Shown piece by piece: positions 29,532 through 39,639 of a DNA stretch of 64,000 nucleotides (its first letter is position 1; each line of letters begins with the position of its first letter). The position numbers and the translations under genes are program-made. This DNA is from Nitrospirota bacterium (lineage in GTDB: Bacteria > UBA2233): the NCBI GenBank assembly GCA_011620345.1, contig WOZJ01000057.1:1-64000 (forward strand), written 5' to 3'. The notes under the pieces are model-generated. The model saw only the letters and a program-made list of their open reading frames with translations. It did no database searches and was not told the DNA's origin.

Positions 29532-30377
29532 TTGGCCATCAGAGAGATTGATACGTCGCTGCTTCGGGATGCTATCGCGTCAATGGCCGTCGAGATCAAC
29601 CATACCCTCCCGGCCGATGTCGAGCGTGCGCTTATCGACGCAAAATCGCGCGAAGTCTCCCCCCAGGGTCTGCAGGTTCTAGACGAGCTGATCGAGAACG
29701 CAGGGATTGCCAAGGAAGGGGTGTTCCCTCTGTGTCAGGATACGGGGTTTGCCGTCGTGTTCCTCGAGGTGGGCCAGGACGTGCATTTCTTGGGCGCAAA
29801 CCTCAAGGAGGCGATCGAAGAAGGGATAAGGAAGGGCTACAAGGAAGGATACTTGAGGAAATCCATTTGCCATCCGTTCACAAGGAAAAACACCTCCGAC
29901 AACACGCCTGCCGTCATCCACACCGAGATCGTCCCGGGCGACAGGGTGAAGCTTACGCTCGTGGCCAAGGGTGGAGGCTCGGAGAACATGTCGCGGGTGA
30001 CGATGCTCGCCCCCTCCGATGGCTGGGAAGGGGTGAAGCGTTTTGTCGTGAAGCGCGCCGAAGAAGCGGGCTCCAACCCTTGCCCGCCGATCATCGTGGG
30101 CGTGGGTATCGGTGGAACGTTCGAGAAAGCCGCGTTGTTGGCCAAAAAAGCGCTCCTTCGCAACGTTGGCGAACCCAGCGCCGACCCAGAGGTTGCGCGG
30201 ATGGAACAGGAGCTGTTCGAGGCGATCAACGCGCTCGGTGTCGGGCCTCAAGGCCTTGGAGGGCGTGTCACGGCGCTTGGAGTCCTGGTAGAGATGATGC
30301 CATGCCACATCGCCAGCCTGCCCGTGGCCGTGAACATCCAGTGCCACAGCGCTAGGCACAAGAGCGTCGTGATATAA
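29532..30377 (+). CDS. Fe-S fumarate hydratase alpha subunit
   Basis: AAAGGAGG RBS + TTG; PLCQDTG, KGGGSEN, NPCPP, CHIASLP, CHSAR. Confidence 0.9.
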   Translation: MAIREIDTSLLRDAIASMAVEINHTLPADVERALIDAKSREVSPQGLQVLDELIENAGIAKEGVFPLCQDTGFAVVFLEVGQDVHFLGANLKEAIEEGIRKGYKEGYLRKSICHPFTRKNTSDNTPAVIHTEIVPGDRVKLTLVAKGGGSENMSRVTMLAPSDGWEGVKRFVVKRAEEAGSNPCPPIIVGVGIGGTFEKAALLAKKALLRNVGEPSADPEVARMEQELFEAINALGVGPQGLGGRVTALGVLVEMMPCHIASLPVAVNIQCHSARHKSVVI

Positions 30378-30392
30378 GGAGGATAAATAGGA

Positions 30393-30965
30393 ATGCTCAA
30401 GCAAGAGGATGGCAAATGGCTGCTTTCCGCCCCTGTTGCAGACGAAGACGTGATGCAACTCAAAGCGGGCGAGAGGGTGTTTATCTCGGGCAAGATCTAT
30501 ACGGGCAGGGATGCGGCCCACAAGCGCTTGATCGAGGCCCTCAACCGGGGGGAGGCCTCTCCCTTTGACCTTCAAGGTCAAATCATTTACTATGTTGGGC
30601 CTAGCCCCACCAAGCCTGGTCAGGCTATCGGGGCCTGTGGGCCTACGACCAGCTACCGGATGGACGCCTACGCCCCGCTTCTGATTGAAAAAGGACTGAA
30701 GGTGATGATCGGCAAAGGGATGCGCGCCCAGACGGTCAAAGATGCGATGACAAAGCACAAGGCCGCCTATCTCGCCGCAACGGGCGGGGCTGGCGCGCTC
30801 TTGGCAAAGGCCGTGAAAGAAGCCCGCGTGATCGCATACGACGATCTGGGTCCGGAGGCGATCCGGGAGCTTGTAGTAGAGAACCTGCCCGCAATCGTAA
30901 TCAACGACGTGTTTGGGGCCGACCTCTACGAGATGGGCGTTAAGGCCTACCGGCTGGCCGTATAA
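30393..30965 (+). CDS. Fe-S fumarate hydratase beta subunit
   Basis: TGRDAAHKR, GPTTSYRMD, MIGKG, DLGPEAI. Confidence 0.9.
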   Translation: MLKQEDGKWLLSAPVADEDVMQLKAGERVFISGKIYTGRDAAHKRLIEALNRGEASPFDLQGQIIYYVGPSPTKPGQAIGACGPTTSYRMDAYAPLLIEKGLKVMIGKGMRAQTVKDAMTKHKAAYLAATGGAGALLAKAVKEARVIAYDDLGPEAIRELVVENLPAIVINDVFGADLYEMGVKAYRLAV

Positions 30966-31103
30966 CGAAGCAAGTATTTTGTATTTTAAGGAGCGGCTTT
31001 AGGGCGGGCCGTAACGCGCATGCTTTCGAATATGCTTTTCTCGGGTAGTTCCCCTGGCTTCCGGGCTGGGTGCGGATTGAAACAAACGAAGAGAGGAAGC
31101 TAG

Positions 31104-32270
31104 ATGAATATACATGAATACCAAGCCAAAGAACTGTTCAAGTCTTTCGGCATTGCCGTTCCTAGAGGGCAGCTTGTAGAGACTCCCCAAGAGGCGCTGG
31201 CAGCGGCAAAAGCGCTCGGTACGTTTCCTGTCGTCCTTAAGGCCCAAGTGCATGCTGGCGGCAGAGGGAAGGCAGGAGGCGTCAAGCTGGCCCGCTCACT
31301 CGAAGAGGTCCAGGAGTTAGCTTCCCAAATACTCGGCATGAAGCTCGTGACCCGCCAAACGGGGCCGAAGGGCAAAATCGTCCGCAAGCTGCTCGTCGAG
31401 GAGGGGCTCGAGATTCAAAAGGAGCTTTACCTGGCTTCGCTCGTTGACCGCCAAAAAGAACGCGTGGTCGTTATGGCCAGCACCGAAGGCGGCATGGAAA
31501 TCGAAGAAGTGGCCAAGGAAACGCCAGAAAAGATCTTTCAGGTGCATGTCGACCCGGCTTACGGCCTTTTGGGGTACGAGGCCAAAGGCCTGGCGCTCAA
31601 GCTTGGGTTGGGCCAAGACCTGGTCGCCCAAGGTACGAAGACAATCCAAGGCCTTTTTAGGGCAATGATCGAGCTCGACTGCCAGATGGCCGAGATCAAC
31701 CCGCTGATCGTTACGAAGGACGGCAAGGTGCTGGCACTCGATGCCAAGGTGGTGTTCGAGGACAACGGCCTATTTCGCCATTCCAACCTGCAGGGCCTAC
31801 TCGATGAGTTCGAAGAAGACCCCAAAGAGCTCGTGGCAAGAAAGCAGGGCATTAACTACATCAGCGTGGACGGGAACATCGGATGCCTCGTGAACGGGGC
31901 TGGGCTTGCGATGGCCACGATGGACATCGTCAAGCTCTTTGGCGGAGAGCCGGCAAACTTCCTGGATGTGGGCGGCGGCGCCTCAAAAGACCAGATTAGT
32001 GAGGCCTTTCGGCTCATCCTCCAAGACGAGCGAGTCAAAGGAATCCTTGTGAACATCTTTGGCGGGATCCTGCGCTGCGATGAGCTGGCAAAGGGGATCA
32101 CCGAGGCGGCCAAGGAGATTGAGCTTTCCGTACCTCTCGTTGTACGGCTCGAGGGGACGAACGCGCCGGAGGGAAGGGAAATTTTAAAAGCCTCCGGGCT
32201 TGCGATCATCCCTGCCGCCAACATGGCGGATGCGGCCAAAAGGATCGTTCAAGCCGTTAGTCCGGCTTAA
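31104..32270 (+). CDS. sucC: Succinyl-CoA synthetase beta subunit
   Basis: [41 protein letters not shown]. Confidence 0.97.
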   Translation: MNIHEYQAKELFKSFGIAVPRGQLVETPQEALAAAKALGTFPVVLKAQVHAGGRGKAGGVKLARSLEEVQELASQILGMKLVTRQTGPKGKIVRKLLVEEGLEIQKELYLASLVDRQKERVVVMASTEGGMEIEEVAKETPEKIFQVHVDPAYGLLGYEAKGLALKLGLGQDLVAQGTKTIQGLFRAMIELDCQMAEINPLIVTKDGKVLALDAKVVFEDNGLFRHSNLQGLLDEFEEDPKELVARKQGINYISVDGNIGCLVNGAGLAMATMDIVKLFGGEPANFLDVGGGASKDQISEAFRLILQDERVKGILVNIFGGILRCDELAKGITEAAKEIELSVPLVVRLEGTNAPEGREILKASGLAIIPAANMADAAKRIVQAVSPA

Positions 32271-32302
32271 GGCCATACGCAAGGATAAGGAAAGGAGCGA
32301 AG

Positions 32303-33187
32303 ATGGCAATTTGGGTGGATGAGAACACGCGTGTTCTGACGCAGGGTATTACAGGGCGTAACGGTGCCTTCCATACGCGTCAGTGTTTGGCCTACGGGAC
32401 AAAAATTGTGGCCGGCGCGACACCCGGCAAGGGCGGAGAAACCTTTGACGGGAAAATTCCGGTATTCGACGGGGTTCATCAGGCACTGAAAGAGGTCGAA
32501 GCGGAAGCAAGTATGATCTTCGTCCCCGCCCCGGCCGCAGCGGATGCCATTATGGAGGCGGCGGACGCCGGAATCAAGGTGATCGTGTGCATTACCGAAG
32601 GGATTCCCGTGCTGGACATGGTTCGGGTAAAACGCTTCCTTGTAGATCATCCGGCCATTTTGATCGGCCCCAACTGCCCCGGCATTATCAGCGCGGAGCG
32701 CTCGAAGCTAGGCATCATGCCGGGTTACATCCATAAGCGCGGCACAATCGGAGTTGTTTCGCGCTCCGGGACGCTCACCTACGAGGCCGTTTACCAACTA
32801 AGCGCGCTCGGGTTCGGCCAGAGCACCTGCGTGGGCATGGGGGGCGACCCTGTCCATGGAGTTGGGTTCATTGACGTCCTCAAGGCCTTCCAAGACGACC
32901 CCGAGACAGAAGGCATCGTCTTGATCGGAGAGATCGGCGGCTCGGACGAAGAGGCGGCGGCGGCCTTCATCAAGGAGAACGTCACCAAGCCCGTCGTTGC
33001 GTTCGTGGCCGGGAGGACGGCACCTGCCGGAAAACGCATGGGCCATGCGGGTGCGATCATTATGGGGTCTTCCGGGACGGCGGCGCACAAAATCGAGACG
33101 TTCGAGCGTTGCGGTATCCGCGTGGCCGAGAACCCGGCCGTGATCGGCGAGGCGATGAAACGCGCCCTGGATGAGGCAAAAAGATAG
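32303..33187 (+). CDS. sucD: Succinyl-CoA synthetase alpha subunit
   Basis: [27 protein letters not shown]. Confidence 0.97.
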   Translation: MAIWVDENTRVLTQGITGRNGAFHTRQCLAYGTKIVAGATPGKGGETFDGKIPVFDGVHQALKEVEAEASMIFVPAPAAADAIMEAADAGIKVIVCITEGIPVLDMVRVKRFLVDHPAILIGPNCPGIISAERSKLGIMPGYIHKRGTIGVVSRSGTLTYEAVYQLSALGFGQSTCVGMGGDPVHGVGFIDVLKAFQDDPETEGIVLIGEIGGSDEEAAAAFIKENVTKPVVAFVAGRTAPAGKRMGHAGAIIMGSSGTAAHKIETFERCGIRVAENPAVIGEAMKRALDEAKR

Positions 33188-33209
33188 TCATAGAACATAG
33201 GAGGCCTAG

Positions 33210-33641
33210 GTGGCGGGGTTAAAAGAACGAACGCTTTGTATTATCAAGCCGGATGCCGTGGCCAAGAAGGCTATAGGCGGGATTGTGGCGATGCTCGAGA
33301 AGGAGGGATTCGACATCCTGGGGCTTCGAATGATTCGGCTTACGATGGATGACGCGATGGCTTTCTACGTCGTCCACAAAGAGCGCCCCTTTTACGGCCC
33401 CCTTGCACAATTCATGGCGTCCGGCCCGATCGTTGCGATGGCCCTCGAAAAAGAGGGCGCAATTGCGGGCTTAAGGCGGCTCATGGGAGCGACCGATTCG
33501 AGGAAGGCCGAAGAAGGGACGATTAGGGCAAAATTTGGCACGGACATCGAGCGTAACGCTGTGCATGGATCGGACAGCCCCGAATCCGCCCGCTTCGAGA
33601 TCCCGTTTTTTTTCTCGCAGAGCGACTTGCAACCTATGTAG
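33210..33641 (+). CDS. ndk: Nucleoside diphosphate kinase
   Basis: IIKPDA, NAVHGSDS. Confidence 0.97.
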   Translation: MAGLKERTLCIIKPDAVAKKAIGGIVAMLEKEGFDILGLRMIRLTMDDAMAFYVVHKERPFYGPLAQFMASGPIVAMALEKEGAIAGLRRLMGATDSRKAEEGTIRAKFGTDIERNAVHGSDSPESARFEIPFFFSQSDLQPM

Positions 33642-33662
33642 GACGCGTAGGGCAAAAAACCG

Positions 33663-34757
33663 ATGGGCCAAGACCTTCCAAGCCAAGCTTGTCTAGGGAA
33701 CGCTCCAAGCCTGTACGGCTTTGGCTCAATAGAGCTTCAAGGGCTTGTTTGTGGGCTTGGGGAGCCAGAATTCCGCGCCAACCAGCTGATCGGATGGCTC
33801 TATGCCCGCCCGATAGGCACGTTTTCGGAGATGACGGACATCCCGAAGCCGCTTAGGCAAACGCTCGAGAAAAGGTATCGTCTGATGCCTTTCTACCCGA
33901 CCGCAAAGAAAGGCACCTCGGATGGGGTGCTCAAGTGGGCGTTCGAGATCGAGGGCGGGGGGATCATCGAGAGCGTCTATATCCCAGGGGAGGGGAAGGA
34001 TACGTTGTGTCTATCCTCTCAGGCCGGGTGCGCCCTCGATTGTGCGTTTTGCGCGACCGCCAAGGTTGGGTTCAGAAGGAACCTGCGCCTCGAGGAAATC
34101 GTGGGCCAACTCATGCATGCCGTATTCGAGCTGGGGCGTCCGGCCATCCGCCGCATCGTCTTCATGGGGATGGGCGAACCCTTGTTGAACGTAGAAAACA
34201 TACTTCGTGCGATTGAAATTTTTACTCTGCCCTCGGGCCTTGGATTTTCCCCTAGTCGAATCACTGTTTCTAGCTCTGGTGTTGTTCCCGGCATCGTAGA
34301 GCTTTCAAAAAAAGCCCCAGGAGTGGGGCTGGCCGTATCGTTAAACGCTCCAGACGACGAGCGGCGGGCAAAGGTGATGAGTATCGCAAAGAAATACCCA
34401 CTCAAGGACCTCTTCGAGGCCCTTAGGGCATGGACACGGACAACCAAGGCTCCCGTGACGCTCGAGTACGTCCTACTGCCTGGGTTCAATATGGCTCTCG
34501 AGGATGCCCCCAAGCTTGTGTCGCTTGTCAGGGGCCTTCCTTGCAAGATCAACCTAATTCCTTTCAACCCCTTCCCGGGGGCTTCTTTCCGCCCCCCCTC
34601 GGATGACGAGGTTGACGCGTTTGCAAATAGTTTGCATGCCAAAGGCCTACGCGTTCAAATCCGCAGGTCCCGAGGGCTCGGAGCGCTGGCTGCCTGCGGC
34701 CAGCTCGGTGCCGGGTTGCTTGCAGGGCCAAGGCGTCTCAAAGCCCTTTCCGGGTGA
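33663..34757 (+). CDS. rlmN: Dual-specificity RNA methyltransferase RlmN
   Basis: CLSSQAGCALDCAFC, FMGMGEP, AACGQL. Confidence 0.92.
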   Translation: MGQDLPSQACLGNAPSLYGFGSIELQGLVCGLGEPEFRANQLIGWLYARPIGTFSEMTDIPKPLRQTLEKRYRLMPFYPTAKKGTSDGVLKWAFEIEGGGIIESVYIPGEGKDTLCLSSQAGCALDCAFCATAKVGFRRNLRLEEIVGQLMHAVFELGRPAIRRIVFMGMGEPLLNVENILRAIEIFTLPSGLGFSPSRITVSSSGVVPGIVELSKKAPGVGLAVSLNAPDDERRAKVMSIAKKYPLKDLFEALRAWTRTTKAPVTLEYVLLPGFNMALEDAPKLVSLVRGLPCKINLIPFNPFPGASFRPPSDDEVDAFANSLHAKGLRVQIRRSRGLGALAACGQLGAGLLAGPRRLKALSG

Positions 34758-34775
34758 GCGAAAGAGGGTGGGGTG

Positions 34776-35780
34776 ATGGTTACTTTTGTTCAGCCCGGAA
34801 CCTCCGTGGCCGCCGTGATGATCGTAAACGAGCGTGCGAAAGGGACGATCGAGCGCCCAAAAACACTTCGGGCGGTCATTGAGGCGCTCCCTGGATGTAG
34901 GGTGTTCTCGACGTGGTCGGCCGCTGCACTCGAGGGGATTACGCAGTTTTGCCTTGAGCAAGACGTCGGAGTCGTCGTGCTCTACGGTGGGGACGGGACG
35001 CTGAGCTGTGCGCTTACCCGCTTTTTTTTGGCCTATCGCGAGGCCAAGCGGCCGCTACCCGTGTTTGCCCCGCTCATGGCGGGCACGATGAATACGGTGG
35101 TGAAGGGGTTGGGTCTCAAGGGGAGCGTCGTTACGCTCGCAAAAAAGCTCAAGGAAGCGCTCGTAGATAGGGGATCGCTTCCTGTTACCGAGCACGAGCC
35201 GCTCGTCGTGGAGGGGGCGGAAGAAACGCTAAGGGTAGGGTTTTTAGGGGGAGTTGGCTTACCCGCTTCCTTCCTTGGCCACTATTACGCCTTGGGAGCC
35301 AAGGGGCCCGTAGACGGGCTTCGAACGGCCCTACAATTGATCGGGTCCGTGATGATCCGAGGGGAGTTTGCCAAACGGCTTCTTGCCCCTTTGCCTCTAG
35401 AAATCTTGGTGAACGAGGACAGGCTCGAGCTTGGCCCTGTTTGTGCATGCTTGTTCGGCAAGGTCAAAAGCGTCGGAATTAAGGCAAAGCCACTGTATTT
35501 CGCGCCGCCGCCTAGCGGGTCGATTGCCTATGTTGCAACCGACTTTAGGCCAATGAGGCTCTTGTCTAAAATAATCCCGGTGTTCATGGGCAAGAGGCTT
35601 GGAGCTCCCGGATTTTGCGAGGGCTCGGCCGTACGGATCGAGCTTTTAAGCGAGTCCTTAAAAGAGCTCGAGGTCATGGTAGACGGGGACGTTATTTTGG
35701 CAAAAACGCCCCTTTGCGTTCGTCCCGGCCCATCGGTTCGCCTCTTTGACCCCTTCTCTTCCAAGAAGGAGCCTCTCTAA
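34776..35780 (+). CDS. Diacylglycerol kinase family protein
   Basis: GGDGT, AGTMN, VDGD. Confidence 0.75.
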   Translation: MVTFVQPGTSVAAVMIVNERAKGTIERPKTLRAVIEALPGCRVFSTWSAAALEGITQFCLEQDVGVVVLYGGDGTLSCALTRFFLAYREAKRPLPVFAPLMAGTMNTVVKGLGLKGSVVTLAKKLKEALVDRGSLPVTEHEPLVVEGAEETLRVGFLGGVGLPASFLGHYYALGAKGPVDGLRTALQLIGSVMIRGEFAKRLLAPLPLEILVNEDRLELGPVCACLFGKVKSVGIKAKPLYFAPPPSGSIAYVATDFRPMRLLSKIIPVFMGKRLGAPGFCEGSAVRIELLSESLKELEVMVDGDVILAKTPLCVRPGPSVRLFDPFSSKKEPL

Positions 35781-35821
35781 GGCTTATTTGGAGGGTTTCT
35801 TCTCTAGCCTTTTCAGGCAAC

Positions 35822-35855
35822 AAAAAGGCGACCTTGCAAGGCGTCCCATGTCGCC
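35822..35855 (-). terminator. Possible terminator of the hem operon
   Basis: GGCGAC...GTCGCC stem followed by a T run on the minus strand; large loop. Confidence 0.3.
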
Positions 35856-35877
35856 AAAAGAAGGTGCAGCATTGCGC

Positions 35878-37257
35878 CTAAACGGGCCGAGATGAGATTT
35901 GTCGCAGTATTTTCGCAGAAAGGTCCACGGCATTGGCAAGGCAGTCTCCCAAAGCGATCCCGCCCCTGTAGTTCGCAAGGAAGTGTAGCCCTGGAAGGCT
36001 GTGTTCGAGCGCTTCGATTGCCTTGATCATTTCTCCATGTCCGAGCGTGTACTGCGGGATGGCCCGCTCGATCTTGCCGACATGAGCAAAGGTAGGTTCT
36101 TCTTTAATACGCAGGATGTCCGAGACCTCTTTATGGGCAAGGTCGGCTAGCCCGTTTGCTTCCAAAAGGGCCAGGCTTGGGGCCCGCATTCCGCCGACAA
36201 ACGTCGTCAGGAGCGCAAACCCCTCGGACGCACGGCCTGGGAGGAACGAAGAGCTAAAGAGCGCGCCAAGAATGCTTCGGCCTTCACGCTTTGGAATCAG
36301 GAATCCAAAGCCCTCCGGCGACCGCTCGAATGCATTGAGCCTGTAGCCGAGCGCGACTTGGGCGACAGGCGGGTAAAGGATGGCTTGGAGTTTTTGGGCG
36401 AGCGAAGCGTTTAACCCTCTCAAGAGCCGCGAAGCCTCGTAGGCGGGAACGGAAAGAACGAGCCTTTTGGAGGCAATCGTCTGCTCGACCCCTTGTTGAC
36501 GAAAGCTTACCTCAAACCCATCTCGAAGGGGCCTTAAGCCGTGGGCTGCAGCCTTCAAGACGAGCCTATTTCCGAGGCTGCTTGCAAGCGCCAAAGGAAG
36601 CTCCACCATTCCCCCTAGGAACGAAAAGAGCCTTGCCTTTACTTTGGCCACGTCGGGGCGCTTTTTTCGTTCCCGTGCTCCCAAGAAGGTGCCCAGCATC
36701 AGCCCCCCGTAGCGCTCCTCCAGCCCGTAAAGCTTTGGAAACGCCCCTCTTACACTCAATGTTTCCGGGTCGCCCGCGTACACGCCGGATACGAACGGGT
36801 CGATCGCGTAATCCAAGAACTCTTGCCCGAGCCTTCTTTTGACGAACTCTGCGAGCGTCTCCTCTTGCGCGGCCCTTCCGTGAAATGGTTCGAGGGCAAC
36901 CCCAATCTTGGCTTTGGCTGAGAACAAGGGCGTTTTAAGGAACGCCATAAGCGACATCGGCAGCTCGATGAGTCTTCCGTCCTTTAGGATGAAGCGGTGG
37001 TTTGCTGTTTCAGAAGCGAAGGCAAGCCGCTCTTGAAGCCCGAGCGATTGGAAGAGGTCAAGATGGGCCTGTTGCGTGAGGAGCGCGGTGTTGGGCCCGT
37101 GCTCGATCAAAAACCCTTCTTTTCGCTCGCTCCAAATCGTGCCCCCAGGTCTTGAACTCGCCTCGAGGATGCAAACATTCACGCCTTCTTGCGAAAGGCT
37201 GTAGCCCAGCGTCAGCCCGGAGATTCCTCCGCCAAGGATTAGGACGTCATGCTGCAT
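35878..37257 (-). CDS. hemY: FAD-dependent protoporphyrinogen oxidase (HemY type)
   Basis: GGGISGL, EHGPN, SGVYAGD, GFGFLIP, AIPQY. Confidence 0.9.
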   Translation of the reverse strand: MQHDVLILGGGISGLTLGYSLSQEGVNVCILEASSRPGGTIWSERKEGFLIEHGPNTALLTQQAHLDLFQSLGLQERLAFASETANHRFILKDGRLIELPMSLMAFLKTPLFSAKAKIGVALEPFHGRAAQEETLAEFVKRRLGQEFLDYAIDPFVSGVYAGDPETLSVRGAFPKLYGLEERYGGLMLGTFLGARERKKRPDVAKVKARLFSFLGGMVELPLALASSLGNRLVLKAAAHGLRPLRDGFEVSFRQQGVEQTIASKRLVLSVPAYEASRLLRGLNASLAQKLQAILYPPVAQVALGYRLNAFERSPEGFGFLIPKREGRSILGALFSSSFLPGRASEGFALLTTFVGGMRAPSLALLEANGLADLAHKEVSDILRIKEEPTFAHVGKIERAIPQYTLGHGEMIKAIEALEHSLPGLHFLANYRGGIALGDCLANAVDLSAKILRQISSRPV

Positions 37258-38245
37258 CTTCGAGCGCCTTAATGGTGAGCTTTGCAAGCGCCAAGATGAA
37301 CGAAGGCGAGTTGTTGAGCCCTTGGGCCACGCGGAAATTGGGAATGCCAGCCCTAAGGGCCTCTTTCTTTAGCTGGATGCCAAGCTCGTAGAGCGTTTCC
37401 ATGTGGTCGGATACGAAGCTCACGGGGACGACGAGCACGCTTTTAACGCCTTCTTGCCCAAGCTTTCGAACCGTTTCGATCGTCGAGGGCGCAAGCCAGC
37501 GCACGGGCCCCACCTTACTTTGAAAGGAAAGGCGGATATGCGCTCGCTCAAGGAAGCTTGCATCCATAGGCCCTTTTTCTTGGAGCGCCTTCAACACGGC
37601 CTCCATCGTGCGCTTGACCTCGCTTGGGTACGGGTCTCCTTTTTTGACGAAGCTCAAAGGAACGCCGTGTGCGCTGAAAACGAGCCCGAAGCGTTCTGGC
37701 GTGGACGGGGGGAGTGTTTCAAGGGCCTCCTGGATGCGTAGACGATGGGCCTCGATGAAGTCTTCTTGGGTTGGATAGTTTCGGATGACATGCACAGCCT
37801 TTGGCTTAAACTCAAGCCTGTCTTTTTGGCGTTCGACCTCTTTGAGGCTCGAATAGGTCGTCGTGAGCGAATACTGGGGATACAAGGGAAGAAGGAGGAT
37901 CGTATCGACCCCGTCTTTCATCGCTTGCAGAAGCGCATCGGCAATCGTAGGGGGGCTGTAGCGCATGCCGATGTAGACGTTTGCGTGAAGCTCTGAAGGT
38001 AGGGCAGCCTTCAAAAGGTCGGCCTGGGTTTGGGTGGTAGCGCCAAGGGGCGAGCCTCCTCCTATTGCCCTATACTGGGGCCTGTCTTGGATTGCACGCA
38101 CCCTCGCGATCGGAGGGGCCAGAAAAGCCCGGAAAAACCAAGGGAATAGGTCGCGGTCGGAAAAGAGCGCCCTCAAGAACGGTCGAATATCGTTCAGCGT
38201 AGCCGGTGCCCCAAGGTTCAACAGGACAACGCCCAGCTTTGCCAT
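37247..38245 (-). CDS. hemH: Ferrochelatase
   Basis: LLNLGAP, GGGSPL, LYPQYS, FSAHG, FQSKVGP, FVSDHMETL. Confidence 0.95.
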   Translation of the reverse strand: MAKLGVVLLNLGAPATLNDIRPFLRALFSDRDLFPWFFRAFLAPPIARVRAIQDRPQYRAIGGGSPLGATTQTQADLLKAALPSELHANVYIGMRYSPPTIADALLQAMKDGVDTILLLPLYPQYSLTTTYSSLKEVERQKDRLEFKPKAVHVIRNYPTQEDFIEAHRLRIQEALETLPPSTPERFGLVFSAHGVPLSFVKKGDPYPSEVKRTMEAVLKALQEKGPMDASFLERAHIRLSFQSKVGPVRWLAPSTIETVRKLGQEGVKSVLVVPVSFVSDHMETLYELGIQLKKEALRAGIPNFRVAQGLNNSPSFILALAKLTIKALEDAA

Positions 38246-39633
38246 CAAACGGTCCTTGAAAAGACGGGTTTTTCCTTCAGGAGCCTTTCTAGGTAAGCGT
38301 CAAAGCACATCGCCACGTTGCGAACGATCAGCCTGCCTAACGGGTGAACGACGATCCTGTCGTCACGGAGTTCGATCAGCCCCTCCTTTTCGAAAGGGGC
38401 GAGCTTATCGAGCGCCTCGGCAAAGTAGGTGTCGAACACGATTCCGAAACGTCGCTCGATTTCTTGCTTATCAAGGTTCATCGTGCACATCAGACGCATG
38501 ATTGTGAAGCGCCGGATCTCGTCGTCCCGGTTCAGGGTGTAGCCTACGATTGTGGCGAGCTTCCCGTCCAAAACCATCGATTCATACCCGGAAATATTTT
38601 TTTCGTTCTGGGCATAGACGTTGCCGAACTGGCTGATCGAAGACATGCCGAAGGCGTACAGGTCTGCGTGTGCCTTGGTGGAGTAGCCTTGAAAATTCCG
38701 GTGCAGGTCCCCTTTGGTTTGCGCGACGGCGAGCTCGTCTCCTGGCTTTGCGAAGTGGTCCATCCCGATGTAGACGTAGCCCGCCTTAGAGAGCGTCTCG
38801 ATCGCGAGTTTAAGGAGCGCAAACTTTGTGTCCAAGCTCGGAAGGGATTCTTTTGGGATGACCCGCTGGTGAGGCTTGAGCCAGGGGACGTAGGCGAAGT
38901 TGAAAACGGCGATCCTGTCTGGGGCAAGCTCGATCACCTTATTAAGCGTGTCTTCAAACGTCTCAGGCTTCTGGAAGGGCAGTCCGTAGATCAAGTCCAC
39001 GTTGATGCTATGGAATCCGAGTTCCCGGCTCCAGTCGATCGCCTGTTTTGTGATGTTCAAAGGCTGGATACGGTTGACGGCCCGCTGGACCTCCTCGTCA
39101 AAATCCTGGATTCCCATGCTCACGCGGTTGAACCCTGTTTCGCGAAACGCTCTCATGTGTTCACGCGTAAGCCCCCTAGGGTCGATCTCAACGCCAAGCT
39201 CGGCATCGGGCGTGAAGCTGAAGCGCTCGTAGACGGATTCCATCAACTTATGAATCTGATCGGGGCTTAAATACGAGGGTGTTCCCCCGCCCAGATGGAG
39301 CTGGCAGACCTTCCTTTTGTTCGAAAGCAAGGAGTGAACGAGCGTGAGCTCCGCCTTGAGCGCTTCCAAGTAGTGCTCGATCTTGCCTAAATCCCTCGTG
39401 ACGAGCATCGTGCAGCCGCAGAAGTAACAGAGCGTATCGCAAAAAGGGATGTGGAAGTAAAGAGAAATGTCGCCCTCGGGGTTCTCTTGGTTGTTCTTGA
39501 GAATCGCGCGCTTGAACGCTTCCGGCCCAAAATCCGGGCTGAAGGCCGGCGCTGTCGGGTAGCTCGTGTAGCGAGGGCCAGGGGTATCGTAGCGCTTGAG
39601 AAACGCGACATCGAGAGTTTCCAGTTCTTTCAT
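38245..39633 (-). CDS. hemN: Oxygen-independent coproporphyrinogen III oxidase
   Basis: GPRYTSYPTA, HIPFCDTLCYFCGC, GGGTP, RNFQGYST. Confidence 0.96.
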   Translation of the reverse strand: MKELETLDVAFLKRYDTPGPRYTSYPTAPAFSPDFGPEAFKRAILKNNQENPEGDISLYFHIPFCDTLCYFCGCTMLVTRDLGKIEHYLEALKAELTLVHSLLSNKRKVCQLHLGGGTPSYLSPDQIHKLMESVYERFSFTPDAELGVEIDPRGLTREHMRAFRETGFNRVSMGIQDFDEEVQRAVNRIQPLNITKQAIDWSRELGFHSINVDLIYGLPFQKPETFEDTLNKVIELAPDRIAVFNFAYVPWLKPHQRVIPKESLPSLDTKFALLKLAIETLSKAGYVYIGMDHFAKPGDELAVAQTKGDLHRNFQGYSTKAHADLYAFGMSSISQFGNVYAQNEKNISGYESMVLDGKLATIVGYTLNRDDEIRRFTIMRLMCTMNLDKQEIERRFGIVFDTYFAEALDKLAPFEKEGLIELRDDRIVVHPLGRLIVRNVAMCFDAYLERLLKEKPVFSRTV

Positions 39634-39639
39634 GGCTCC

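Noticed and set aside
29679-30758. Long antisense ORFs (also 13406-14260, 27459-28283, 38344-39270)
   Set aside because: Shadows of codon-biased real genes; no recognisable motifs.
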